From: Deinococcus radiodurans R1 = ATCC 13939 = DSM 20539
GTDB taxonomy: Bacteria; Deinococcota; Deinococci; Deinococcales; Deinococcaceae
DNA: 32,000 nucleotides
Direction: 5' to 3'
Assembly: GCF_000008565.1 (NCBI RefSeq)
Contig: NC_000958.1
Span: 60,001 to 92,000 of the forward strand
Program-made: the position numbers and the translations under genes
Notes under the pieces: generated by a model
Database searches by the model: none
Told to the model about the DNA's origin: nothing
What the model saw: the letters and a program-made list of their open reading frames with translations, nothing else
Part shown: positions 1 through 7,614 of the stretch, piece by piece
Numbering within the stretch: position 1 is the stretch's first letter
How the letters are laid out: every line of letters begins with the position of its first letter

Positions 1-2
1 CG

Positions 3-134
3 GTGGAGCTGACCTACCGCGACGGACGGGTTGTGCGTCAATTCGCGGCTCTTCCGGTTGAGGGGGGCAAAATTACTCCGACCCTGCTGCGGATAGGTGG
101 CGTCACCTATTCTCCAAGCATCGACAAGAAATAA
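3..134 (+). CDS. 3' end of an unidentified CDS entering from upstream of the window
   Basis: The frame is open from the window edge to TAA at 132-134 (...VELTYRDGRVVRQFAALPVEGGKITPTLLRIGGVTYSPSIDKK*). Third positions are mostly G/C, as in neighbouring genes. It is below the 60-aa cutoff of the ORF track. No family recognised. Confidence 0.3.
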   Translation: MELTYRDGRVVRQFAALPVEGGKITPTLLRIGGVTYSPSIDKK

Positions 135-424
135 TCGCTTCTGGCCGCCTCGCTAGAAACACTGTAGGGCGAACAGTCTGGGCACAACCACCGGAAACAG
201 TCAGGTCGCGCTCAGCAAATGGAGTTGATCCGTCCCTTACCCCGAAGCAAGGCGCTTGTCGTGTCTGGCAAGAGCGGTAAGGAAAAGGCACTGATGCTTC
301 CTCAGAGCAGTTGGGGCTGGGTGTCGGGGAAGAGTGCCGGCTTTCAAGCGGGTCTATAGATCAGGCCGAGCCTTCCACTTTGGTCCCTGTTGTTCAGAGT
401 ACCAGCGGTCTACCGGCACTCGTG

Positions 425-826
425 TCAGCCCATCTTTTTGAGCGCGCCGCCTTCCTCGGCAGCGGCCTGCACCGTTCGGAGATCGCCGCCTGTAGCGGCC
501 TCGAAAGCGGCCAGAAAGGCGCCCTCGACCAGCGGCGCCTCGGCAAGGGCCACTCGGACCCTCTGCTCCTCTCTGAGCAGGTCCAGGGCCAGCTCCGACC
601 TGAGACGGGCGCTTCCCAGGTCCATCAGGACGAGCGCTTCGCCGCCCGCCTGGGTGGCCCGCTCCAGAGCCGCGTGAATTCGGGTCGCACTCGTGCCCAA
701 CAGGCCGTCGTCGGTGCCGCCTACTGCTTCAAGTTCCACCTGCCCGGCATTCATCTGCCCGACGAACTCTGCGACGCCCTCGGCGAGCTTGGCGCTGTGG
801 GAGACGATCACGAGGGTCACGCTCAT
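425..826 (-). CDS. dhaM: Dihydroxyacetone kinase phosphotransferase subunit DhaM (single EIIA-Man-like domain)
   Basis: 133-aa product MSVTLVIVSHSAKLAEGVAEFV... has the typical N-terminal V-S-H-S phospho-His region of PTS EIIA(Man)-type DhaM. It overlaps dhaL by 4 nt and is the last gene of a dhaK-dhaL-dhaM operon. Confidence 0.85.
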   Translation of the reverse strand: MSVTLVIVSHSAKLAEGVAEFVGQMNAGQVELEAVGGTDDGLLGTSATRIHAALERATQAGGEALVLMDLGSARLRSELALDLLREEQRVRVALAEAPLVEGAFLAAFEAATGGDLRTVQAAAEEGGALKKMG

Positions 827-1428
827 GGGCGCTGCTCCAGGGCCTCGGCCAGCGCTTCGAACAGCAGGGCGCTGCTCACTGACCCAGGATCGACGTGCCC
901 GGCGGAGCGTTCACCGAGGTAACTGGCCCGGCCCTTTCTCGCCGTGAGGTCGCGGGTGGCTTCCGCCGCTGAGCTCGCCGCCTGCGCGGCGGCCCCCACC
1001 CCACCGGGCAGGGCGTCCAGCGCCGGGCGCCACACGTCGAGCATCGTCTTGTCGCCCGGCTGCGCCTTGCCGCGTTCAAGCAGCCCCTGATAGGCGGCTT
1101 CCAGCGCCTCTTGCAGGTCGTCCTGTGTCCACTCGTCTTTGCCGGCCATGCTGGTCGCGGCCCGCAAGAGCGCCGTGCCGTACAGTGGGCCGCTCGCGCC
1201 GCCGACCTTGGAAATCAGGGTCATGGCGGCGCTTCGGAGCAGGTCAGAGGGGGTCCCGCTCGCGGGGAGAGTCCCCACCACCGCGGTCATGCCGCGCTCC
1301 ATATTGCTGCCGTGGTCCGCGTCTCCTATGGCCGAGTCGAGCTCGGTCAGGTGCTGGTCCGCGGCCTGAATCTTGCGGGCATAGAGCTCCAGAAACTGCC
1401 GGGTCTGCTCGCTGTTCACGCGCCCCAC
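823..1428 (-). CDS. dhaL: Dihydroxyacetone kinase ADP-binding subunit DhaL
   Basis: 201-aa product carries the DhaL signature LDSAIGDADHGSNMERG (D-x3-G-D-x-D-H-G nucleotide/Mg site). It overlaps dhaK by 13 nt. Confidence 0.92.
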   Translation of the reverse strand: MGRVNSEQTRQFLELYARKIQAADQHLTELDSAIGDADHGSNMERGMTAVVGTLPASGTPSDLLRSAAMTLISKVGGASGPLYGTALLRAATSMAGKDEWTQDDLQEALEAAYQGLLERGKAQPGDKTMLDVWRPALDALPGGVGAAAQAASSAAEATRDLTARKGRASYLGERSAGHVDPGSVSSALLFEALAEALEQRP

Positions 1429-2414
1429 CGCAGCGCAGGCGTGACCACTGGCGCGTCCCAGAGCCGCAACTGCTCGGAGCTGGCCCGCAGCAGCGTAACA
1501 CTCAGGCCCTGCATTTCCAGGCTCGTGACATAGTTGCCGACCAGATGTCGGACGACCTTCACGCCCCGGTCTGCCAGATGGTTCACCACGTGGCCGTGGG
1601 CCACATACAGTTCCAGCAGGGGGGTGCCGCCCATGCCGTTGGTCAGGGCAATGACTTCCTCACCGCGCTTCAGGTCGAGGTCCGCCGTGACCGGGTCGAG
1701 CAGGGCGTCCACCAGTTCGTCGGCGGGCCGCAACTGCTGGCGTTCGCGCCCCGGTTCACCGTGAATCCCTATGCCCAGCTCGATCTCGTCATCTGCCAGC
1801 GTGAAGTTGGGTTTGCCTGCGGCGGGCACGGTGGCGCCCGTCAGGGCCAGGCCCATACTCCGGACGCCGTCCATGACGATCTGCGCCACCTGTTTGACTT
1901 CCGCCAGCTCGGCGCCGGCTTCTGCGGCGGCCCCCGCTATTTTTTCGAGCAGCACCGTGCCGCCCACCCCACGGCGCCCGGCGGTCCAGGTGCTGTCCTG
2001 CACGGCCACGTCGTCGCCGATGACCACCGACGCCACCTCGATGCCCTCGGCTGCGGCGAGTTCGGCGGCCAGTTCGAAATTCATCACGTCGCCGGTGTAG
2101 TTCTTGACGATCAGGAGCGCGCCCTGACCTCCGTGCGTGTGCCGGATGGCCGCCAGCATCTGGTCGGGCACCGGGCTGGTAAACACTTCGCCTGGGCACG
2201 CCGCAGTCAGCATGCCGCGCCCGATGTATCCGGCGTGCAGGGGTTCGTGTCCGCTGCCCCCACCCGAAATCAGAGCGACCCGTCCGCGCAGGTCACCTGT
2301 CCGGTACAAAAACAGTGGATCGCTCTGAGGCTTGACCAGATCGGCATGGGCAGCGGCGAAACCTTCGCATGATTCACGCACGAGGTCGGCGGTGGCGTTC
2401 ATGATCTTTTTCAT
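1416..2414 (-). CDS. dhaK: Dihydroxyacetone kinase DHA-binding subunit DhaK
   Basis: 332-aa product carries the DhaK signature ISGGGSGHEPLHAGYIGRGML. GGAGGA Shine-Dalgarno lies upstream of the ATG at 2414. Confidence 0.95.
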   Translation of the reverse strand: MKKIMNATADLVRESCEGFAAAHADLVKPQSDPLFLYRTGDLRGRVALISGGGSGHEPLHAGYIGRGMLTAACPGEVFTSPVPDQMLAAIRHTHGGQGALLIVKNYTGDVMNFELAAELAAAEGIEVASVVIGDDVAVQDSTWTAGRRGVGGTVLLEKIAGAAAEAGAELAEVKQVAQIVMDGVRSMGLALTGATVPAAGKPNFTLADDEIELGIGIHGEPGRERQQLRPADELVDALLDPVTADLDLKRGEEVIALTNGMGGTPLLELYVAHGHVVNHLADRGVKVVRHLVGNYVTSLEMQGLSVTLLRASSEQLRLWDAPVVTPALRWGA

Positions 2415-2873
2415 GCGGTCCTCCAGAAACAGGTCAGAAAAGACGCTCAGGGGAGACTCGGTGGTGAGCCTTTAGGGTCTGCTGGAATGAGTGACTTCCT
2501 GCGTCCAACCACCGCCACTTTGTCCAGGCCATGTCTTGCGCTGGGCCAACGCTTTTTATCGGCGTGGCCCCGCTGGCCGACTTAGACTCTCGACTTGTCG
2601 TGTCCGTCACCTCTCCTCCTGATTGTCTTGAACGCGTTCAGTATGGCTTGACGACGGGAACTTCTCAATGCTCTGGGGGAGCGGCGGGGCACAACTGCGC
2701 TATCAGAGCGTCCGTCAACCTGCTCAGCGAACTGCTGTTCCAAGAACGTGGGCGTCGCGCATAAGGGCAGTGAGCTCGACGTATTTCAGTGGCTCAACAG
2801 ATCGCCTGACCGCATAAAGGCTCTTTCATGGAGACCTGCGGCGACGGTCACGCCCGGTCTCTAGGGTCGGCCC

Positions 2874-3404
2874 ATGAACCCAAACCTCCGAACTGGTGCC
2901 CTGATTCTCGCTTCCGCCTTCGCGCCAGTTGTGGCTGGGGGCGCCGGACAAACGGCCCCGACCTTTGCGAAGTCGGCGTTCTGCCAGAAGTACCAGTGCA
3001 AATTGCTCAGTACAGAAACGGTGGCGCCCGGCCTGACCGAGCAGCGCTACTTTCTGAACGCGGTCGTGTCGAACGATCCCCGGACAGTCGTGTCCACCTT
3101 CATGCGCGGCGGGCAAGTGGTGGGGGCACAGTACGTAACCGGGACCCAGGACGCGTTCTTTGCCTGGAACCTCGGGAAGCCCGAGCCCGAGATGTTTGCC
3201 GAGCTGGTCAAGACCGTGACGGGCAAGCGCCCGACGCCGCAGTTTTTCGAAGGCATCGAAGACCAATGCAGCCGCGTTTACGGCACCGAGAAGTCCGCCC
3301 AAATTCCCGGCACGACCAGCCGGCTTAGCTGCGTCGTCTCGCAGGAGTTCAGCTCGGCTCACGGCAGTGGGGCGGCCCGTCTGTCCCTGCGTGTTCACCG
3401 CTGA
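2874..3404 (+). CDS. Hypothetical secreted protein (signal peptide, four Cys)
   Basis: 176-aa ORF with a hydrophobic N-terminus (MNPNLRTGALILASAFAPVVAGGAG). This frame has strong G/C bias at third positions, unlike the overlapping ORFs. It is followed by a hairpin plus T-run at 3428-3464. No family recognised. Confidence 0.6.
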   Translation: MNPNLRTGALILASAFAPVVAGGAGQTAPTFAKSAFCQKYQCKLLSTETVAPGLTEQRYFLNAVVSNDPRTVVSTFMRGGQVVGAQYVTGTQDAFFAWNLGKPEPEMFAELVKTVTGKRPTPQFFEGIEDQCSRVYGTEKSAQIPGTTSRLSCVVSQEFSSAHGSGAARLSLRVHR

Positions 3405-3427
3405 GCTGACGTTTTCCTGATCGCAGG

Positions 3428-3464
3428 CCTCCGCCCCTTTGTTGGGCGGGGGCGTTTTGTTTTG
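3428..3464 (+). terminator. Rho-independent terminator candidate downstream of 2874-3404
   Basis: CCGCCC (3431-3436) pairs with GGGCGG (3444-3449) across a 7-nt loop, followed by TTTTGTTTTG (3455-3464). Confidence 0.6.
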
Positions 3465-3833
3465 CGTCAGAGCTTTGACATGCTCAGAAGGAGGAGGGGT
3501 GTCCCGGAATCCTATTTTCCGATCGCGGATGACGCTCCCGACGGAGAACTCACGACTCTGGCTTTCGCTGATCTGTTCATACTTCATTCTCCCGCCTGGC
3601 AGCCACCAGCTCGGCAGCAAATGACCATCAGCGTCGCTTTCCATTGACAAAGGCAGCTCAATAAGCTGATGGCCATCAGGCGGCGACTTCAGAAGTTGCA
3701 CCTGTCAAGTTGGCGCAGGCGCCTTTGCTGCGTCAGGTGATCGGAGAGGTCTTTGTTGAGGAAATAATTTCAGAGCCTGAGTGGTTTTGTCATTTTCTCC
3801 AATAATCATGTGAAAAGGTAAAATTCTTATTAA

Positions 3834-3997
3834 CAATGGTTCGTGCAGTTTTAGGCGGCTTTAAGTCCGAAATCCAGCGGACTGAACGGCGAATTCGCTA
3901 ATTCTTCAAAGCGAGCCGAGAGGTCCAGATTGGATAAAATGACCTGGGCCAGCAGGGCGTTATACGCCCTGCGTTTCATGTCTTCGAGACTGAACAC
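3834..3997 (-). mobile_element. Terminal remnant (last ~165 nt) of the IS4-family element seen intact at 7615-8936, in inverted orientation
   Basis: The reverse complement matches the 3' end of the 7615-8936 element. It translates to LVFSLEDMKRRAYNALLAQVILSNLDLSARFEELANSPFSPLDFGLKAA* and includes the terminal repeat CAATGGTTCGTGCAGTTTT at 3834-3852. It abuts the left inverted repeat of another IS at 3998. Confidence 0.85.
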
Positions 3998-4050
3998 CAG
4001 CTCAGTAGGTGACAACTTCGGTTCGACGTTGTCCCAGACGGCAAAAACCA

Positions 4051-4086
4051 ACAGTCGGCCCCATCAAGCTTGATGGGGCCGACTGT
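4051..4086. repeat. Perfect 36-nt palindrome (18+18) inside the left end of the IS4-family element
   Basis: ACAGTCGGCCCCATCAAG / CTTGATGGGGCCGACTGT are exact reverse complements centred on AAGCTT. The palindrome lies about 50 nt inside the left terminal repeat. Confidence 0.9.
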
Positions 4087-4247
4087 TCGCGGTTTCCTGA
4101 GAGTGTGAAATCAACAGAATCCGCTGCCCAGCAGGCTACCGCACTCACCGGGCACTTCAAAACGCATGCCAGTCACCTCCGCATCGATACACTCCAGCGC
4201 CTATAGATAACGTGTAAAGTCGGTAGCGAAGTGGGTAGACTCCAGGC

Positions 4248-5259
4248 ATGCCTCAAGTGTGGCAACCTAATCGGCTTACCCGGCAACAACTCGAAGAACG
4301 TCGTCTCGCGGCGCAGCCCCTCCTGAATAATCCCGAGTGGACGACCGCTTCCATTGCTGAGCATTTTGGCGTCAAACCCAGTACTGTGCGCGTTTGGCGA
4401 GTTCGCCTCAGCGAAAGAGGGTCGCTTGAAGCGACCCTCTCTTCCGGACGCCCAGCTTGGCTCAATGATGCCCAGGTCGCAGAAATTATTGAGCTTCTCC
4501 AACAGGGTCCAGACCCAGAACGTTTTCCCGATGGTCGCTGGACGACAGAGCGCGTCCGTGACGTGATCGGTCTCAAATTCGATGTGTGGTACGACCATGA
4601 CTGGATCGGCAAGTTACTTCGTCGCTGGGGCTTCTCCTGGCAGAAAGCAGAGAAACACGCGATCGAGCAGAATCCGGAGAAGATCGATGCCTGGCTGGAA
4701 GAAGAACTTCCAGCCCTGGAAAAAAAAGGTCGAAGCTGGCGAAACGATCGTCTGGGCAGATGAAGTCGGTTTCAGCATGAAACCGATCTTGGGAAGCACC
4801 TGGGCTCAAACAGGACAGACCCCAGTGATCTTCGCCAAAACCGAGTGGAGGAAGCTGTCAACGATTGGCGGCATCACTTCAGCAGGACAGTTCTTTCAGC
4901 AGACCCATGAAGGCTCCATCAAAGCCGATGACGTCGTCGCTTATTTGGCCCACCTCCTGCGGCATATTGCTGGATCAGTCACCGTGGTATTCGACAACGC
5001 CCGAATTCACCGCGCCAAGGTCGTCCAAGAGTTCCTGAAAGTGAACCCGCGGCTCAGCATCGTTTATTTGCCACCGTATACACCTGAGTTCAATCCCATT
5101 GAGCAGGTCTGGGCCTATGTCAAACGACATCTGCTGGCGAATTGCTGTCCAGCGAGTGTGCAGGAACTCAAAGTTTTCCTTCGTTCTGCTTGGCGGAAGG
5201 TGCGTTATCGCCGCTTACCAGCAAAACTCCTCGGCATCACCGAGGAGTTTCTGACTTAA
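4248..5259 (+). CDS. IS630-family DDE transposase, encoded in two frames (orfA 4248-4763, orfB frame to 5259) joined at an A8 run
   Basis: The N-terminal part is helix-turn-helix-like (...TASIAEHFGVKPSTVRVWRVR...). The catalytic part has WADEVGF, VFDNARIHRA and PPYTPEFNPIEQVW (DD-34-E-type motifs). The frames switch at GGAAAAAAAAGG (4718-4729). Confidence 0.85.
4720..4727 (+). promoter_or_regulatory. A8 slippery run linking the two transposase frames of the IS630 element
   Basis: With seven A the reading is continuous (...PALEKKVEAGETIVWADE...). With the observed eight A the downstream frame is +1 relative to orfA. Confidence 0.6.
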
Positions 5260-5290
5260 CACGTTATCTATAATTGACGTCCTCCTGGCG

Positions 5291-6274
5291 ATGATTGACG
5301 CTCCTCGCGTCAATCATCACGACCTGAGTGCCCATATGCCGGGGATGAGTACCCCGCAGGGCAAAAAGAGACGAGCAGACCGCACCTTCCGGGATGAGCA
5401 GCTGGACAGGGGCTTTTTCATCGCTCTGCTTGTCGTCCATCTTCCACCGGGGAAGGTTTTGCTAAGTCTGGACCGCACCAATTGGGAGCACGGGGAAACG
5501 CCCATCAACTTTCTGGTGCTTGGAGCCGTGGTTCACGGCTTCACCCTGCCGCTCATCTGGGTGCCTCTCGACCAGTCTGGGAACAGTCACACCTACGCTC
5601 GAATGTGGCTGGTGTTGAAGCTCCTTCGGGCCTGGCCAGCGAAACGCTGGCTGGGTCTGGTGGCCGATCGGGAGTTCATCGGCGCGGAATGGTTCCGCTT
5701 TCTTCGTCGTCAGGGCATCAAGAGGGCAATTCGTATCCGACAGACCGACATGCTAGACGACATGAAGGGGAAAGAGTGGTTTGAGCACGTCCAGCACGGT
5801 CATTTTCACGAGATTGGCGAAAAGGTGTTCGTGTTCGGGGAGTTGATGCGGGTGGTCGCAACGAGGTCACCTGTGGGTGACCTCGTCATCATCGCCACAG
5901 ATTTCAGTGCTCGGAAGACCTGGAGGCTCTACAAACAGCGCTGGTCGATTGAGTGCACCTTCAGCAGTTTCAAAAAGCGAGGCTTTGACTTAGAGCGAAC
6001 CGGAATGACGGAAAGGAGCCGTCTACAGCGACTCTTCGGCCTGGTGACATTGGCTTGGATGTTCTGTTTGCGCCTGGGGGTCTGGCTGAGCCAGACCTGG
6101 CCCATCCCCGTTCTGAAGCATGGTCGGAGAGCGGTCAGTCTGGTGCGGCACGGTGCTCAGCATCTCGTGGATGCCCTACGGTGGAAACCCCAACAGTTCA
6201 TGGCGATCCTGGAGGTGTTCATCCAGGCTTTTTGCCCGCCAGGAGCGGCTGAAAGTGAAGTTGTCACCTACTGA
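5291..6274 (+). pseudogene. IS4-family DDE transposase, 3' portion (N-terminal coding part at about 4105-4203 split off by the IS630 insertion)
   Basis: 327-aa ORF with DRTNW, VADREF and YKQRWSIECTFSSFK motifs. Removing the IS630 element plus one TA copy (4204-5272) joins frame 4009-4203 in-frame to 5273 onward (...RIDTLQRL-IDVLLAMIDAPRVN...). Confidence 0.8.
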
Positions 6275-6278
6275 GCTG

Positions 6279-7454
6279 ATGGCCATCCTACAGTACGTTC
6301 TCAGCGCGGTCCCGCTGCGCAAGACGCAGCGGAATTTCCTGACCGTGCTGCTCAGCGTTTTTCTCGCTGTTCCTGGACAGCTGAACGCCCTGAATCTCTC
6401 CCGGTATGCAGCCTGCTCGGAGAGTACGATTCGTCGTTGGCTGCACCGAAGTGACGATGGGGCCATTCCGTGGGGCGCGTTACACCAGGCGACTGTCAGT
6501 ACAGCAATCGAGAGTGGGCTGATCAGCCCACTGTGCGTTCTGGCCATCGACGCCTCTTTTCACCGCAAAGCCGGTCAGCACACCGCACACCTCGGCTCGT
6601 TCTGGAATGGCTGTGCCGCGCGGACCGAACGCGGAATCGAGCAATCCTGTTGTACCCTCATTGATGTCCAGCACCGGCAGGCCTTGACGGTCGATGTCCG
6701 TCAGACCCTGACCGGGTCTGAGGCTCCAACTCGTCTGGAACAGACCGCCGATCAGCTGGATGACGTGCTGCTCGATCTCCGGACTGTTCAACAGCTTGAT
6801 CTGGCTGCTGTCGTTGCCGACGGGAATTACGCGAAGGAACCCATCGTGGAGACCGTGACGGGTCACGGTCTCCCGTTTATCTCCAGATTGCCTCGCAACG
6901 CCAACCTCAACGACCTCTACACCGGTGAGCATCCCAGACGACGGGGGCGAAAGAAGAAGTTCGACGGTAAGGTGGACTTCAGTGACCTGCAGCGCTTCGA
7001 CCTCGTCTCTGCAAGGCCGACTGAGCGGGTGTGGACGCAGGTGGTCTGGAGCGTGCAGTGGGCGCGGGAAGTGCGCGCAGTCGTCATTCAGCAGATTGGT
7101 AAAAAGGGTCAGGTCACCGGCTACGCGGTGCTGTTCAGCACCGCTGTGACCATGCCGGCTCATGAGGTCATGGCGCTGTATCGAAGCCGCTTTGAGATCG
7201 AACTGATCTTCCGGGATGCCAAACAGTTCCTGGGGGGCCAGGATGTGCAACTGCGGTCACAGCAGGGCATCGAGGCGCATTGGAACGTGGTGCTGCTGAC
7301 CCTGAATCTTTGCCGACTGGAGGCCCTGCGAGCGGCAGGTGGCGGGCAGGATCTGGTGTTCAGTCTCGAAGACATGAAACGCAGGGCGTATAACGCCCTG
7401 CTGGCCCAGGTCATTTTATCCAATCTGGACCTCTCGGCTCGCTTTGAAGAATGA
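6279..7454 (+). pseudogene. IS4-family transposase, N-terminally truncated and ending early at a TGA
   Basis: It begins at MAILQYVLSAVPLRKTQRNF... The ORF-track ORF 6120-7454 is an artefactual read-through from the neighbouring IS. It has GAATGAGCG where the remnant at 3834-3997 has GAATTAGCG, so it terminates 16 codons early relative to the other copies. Confidence 0.75.
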
Positions 7455-7519
7455 GCGAATTCGCCGTTCAGTCCGCTGGACTTCGGACTTAAAGCCGCCT
7501 AAAACTGCACGAACCATTG
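6279..7519 (+). mobile_element. 5'-truncated copy of the IS4-family element of 7615-8936 (lacks the first ~80 nt including the left terminal repeat)
   Basis: It is colinear with 7695-8936. The right terminal repeat AAAACTGCACGAACCATTG lies at 7501-7519. The left boundary is the right end of the other IS at 6278. Confidence 0.85.
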
Positions 7520-7614
7520 TTCTGAGGGCCTCACTGGATTTTAACATCCTGCTAACGTCAGTTTCCAACGTCCTGTCGGGGGGTGAAATTGACAGGTTCT
7601 GCTCGCCATTCTTA

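Larger units (their letters stand above)
4202..5272 (+). mobile_element. IS630/Tc1-mariner-family insertion sequence
   Basis: Terminal inverted repeats are TATAGATAACGTGT (4202-4215) and ACACGTTATCTATA (5259-5272), extending imperfectly to about 24 bp. TA dinucleotides sit at both junctions, as expected for IS630 TA target duplication. The element encodes a two-frame IS630-type transposase. Confidence 0.9.
3998..6278 (+). mobile_element. IS4-family insertion sequence (second type), itself interrupted by an IS630-family element
   Basis: It has perfect 22-bp terminal inverted repeats, CAGCTCAGTAGGTGACAACTTC (3998-4019) and GAAGTTGTCACCTACTGAGCTG (6257-6278). It encodes a DDE transposase with the IS4 Y-x2-R-x3-E-x6-K signature (YKQRWSIECTFSSFK). 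Confidence 0.85.

Noticed and set aside
1125-2372. Long ORF (415 aa) antisense to dhaK/dhaL, plus many similar long ORFs antisense to or overlapping real genes: 311-922, 13508-14839, 15587-16360, 17626-18561, 18741-19928, 19935-21104, 28915-29640, 29373-30734, 29542-30642, 6480-7250 and 7834-8667.
   Set aside because: These are typical shadow ORFs of GC-rich DNA. Their products are Arg/Ala/Gly/Pro-rich and low-complexity with no recognisable motifs. They lie opposite or out of frame to ORFs with clear family signatures and proper third-position G/C bias.
2531-2764. 77-aa ORF in the dhaK upstream region (and the 103-291 ORF downstream of dhaM).
   Set aside because: No RBS, no family signature and weak codon bias. 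The dhaK-proximal region is more likely a promoter/regulatory spacer. The nearest candidate in either spacer is a long-range 9-bp inverted repeat (GAGTGCCGG ... CCGGCACTC, about 335-420) downstream of dhaM. It is not convincing as a terminator.
2826-3701. 291-aa minus-strand ORF overlapping the 2874-3404 gene and extending into the 3405-3833 spacer.
   Set aside because: Most of it is antisense to an ORF with a signal peptide, correct GC3 bias and its own terminator. The non-overlapping N-terminal part (3405-3701) has no recognisable features. A short real gene there cannot be excluded, but it cannot be supported.
6120-7454. 444-aa ORF suggested by the track as one protein.
   Set aside because: Its first ~53 codons are an alternative frame of the neighbouring IS (upstream of its right terminal repeat at 6257-6278). 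Homology to the IS4-family transposase starts only at 6279. It is a read-through artefact across an IS-IS junction.
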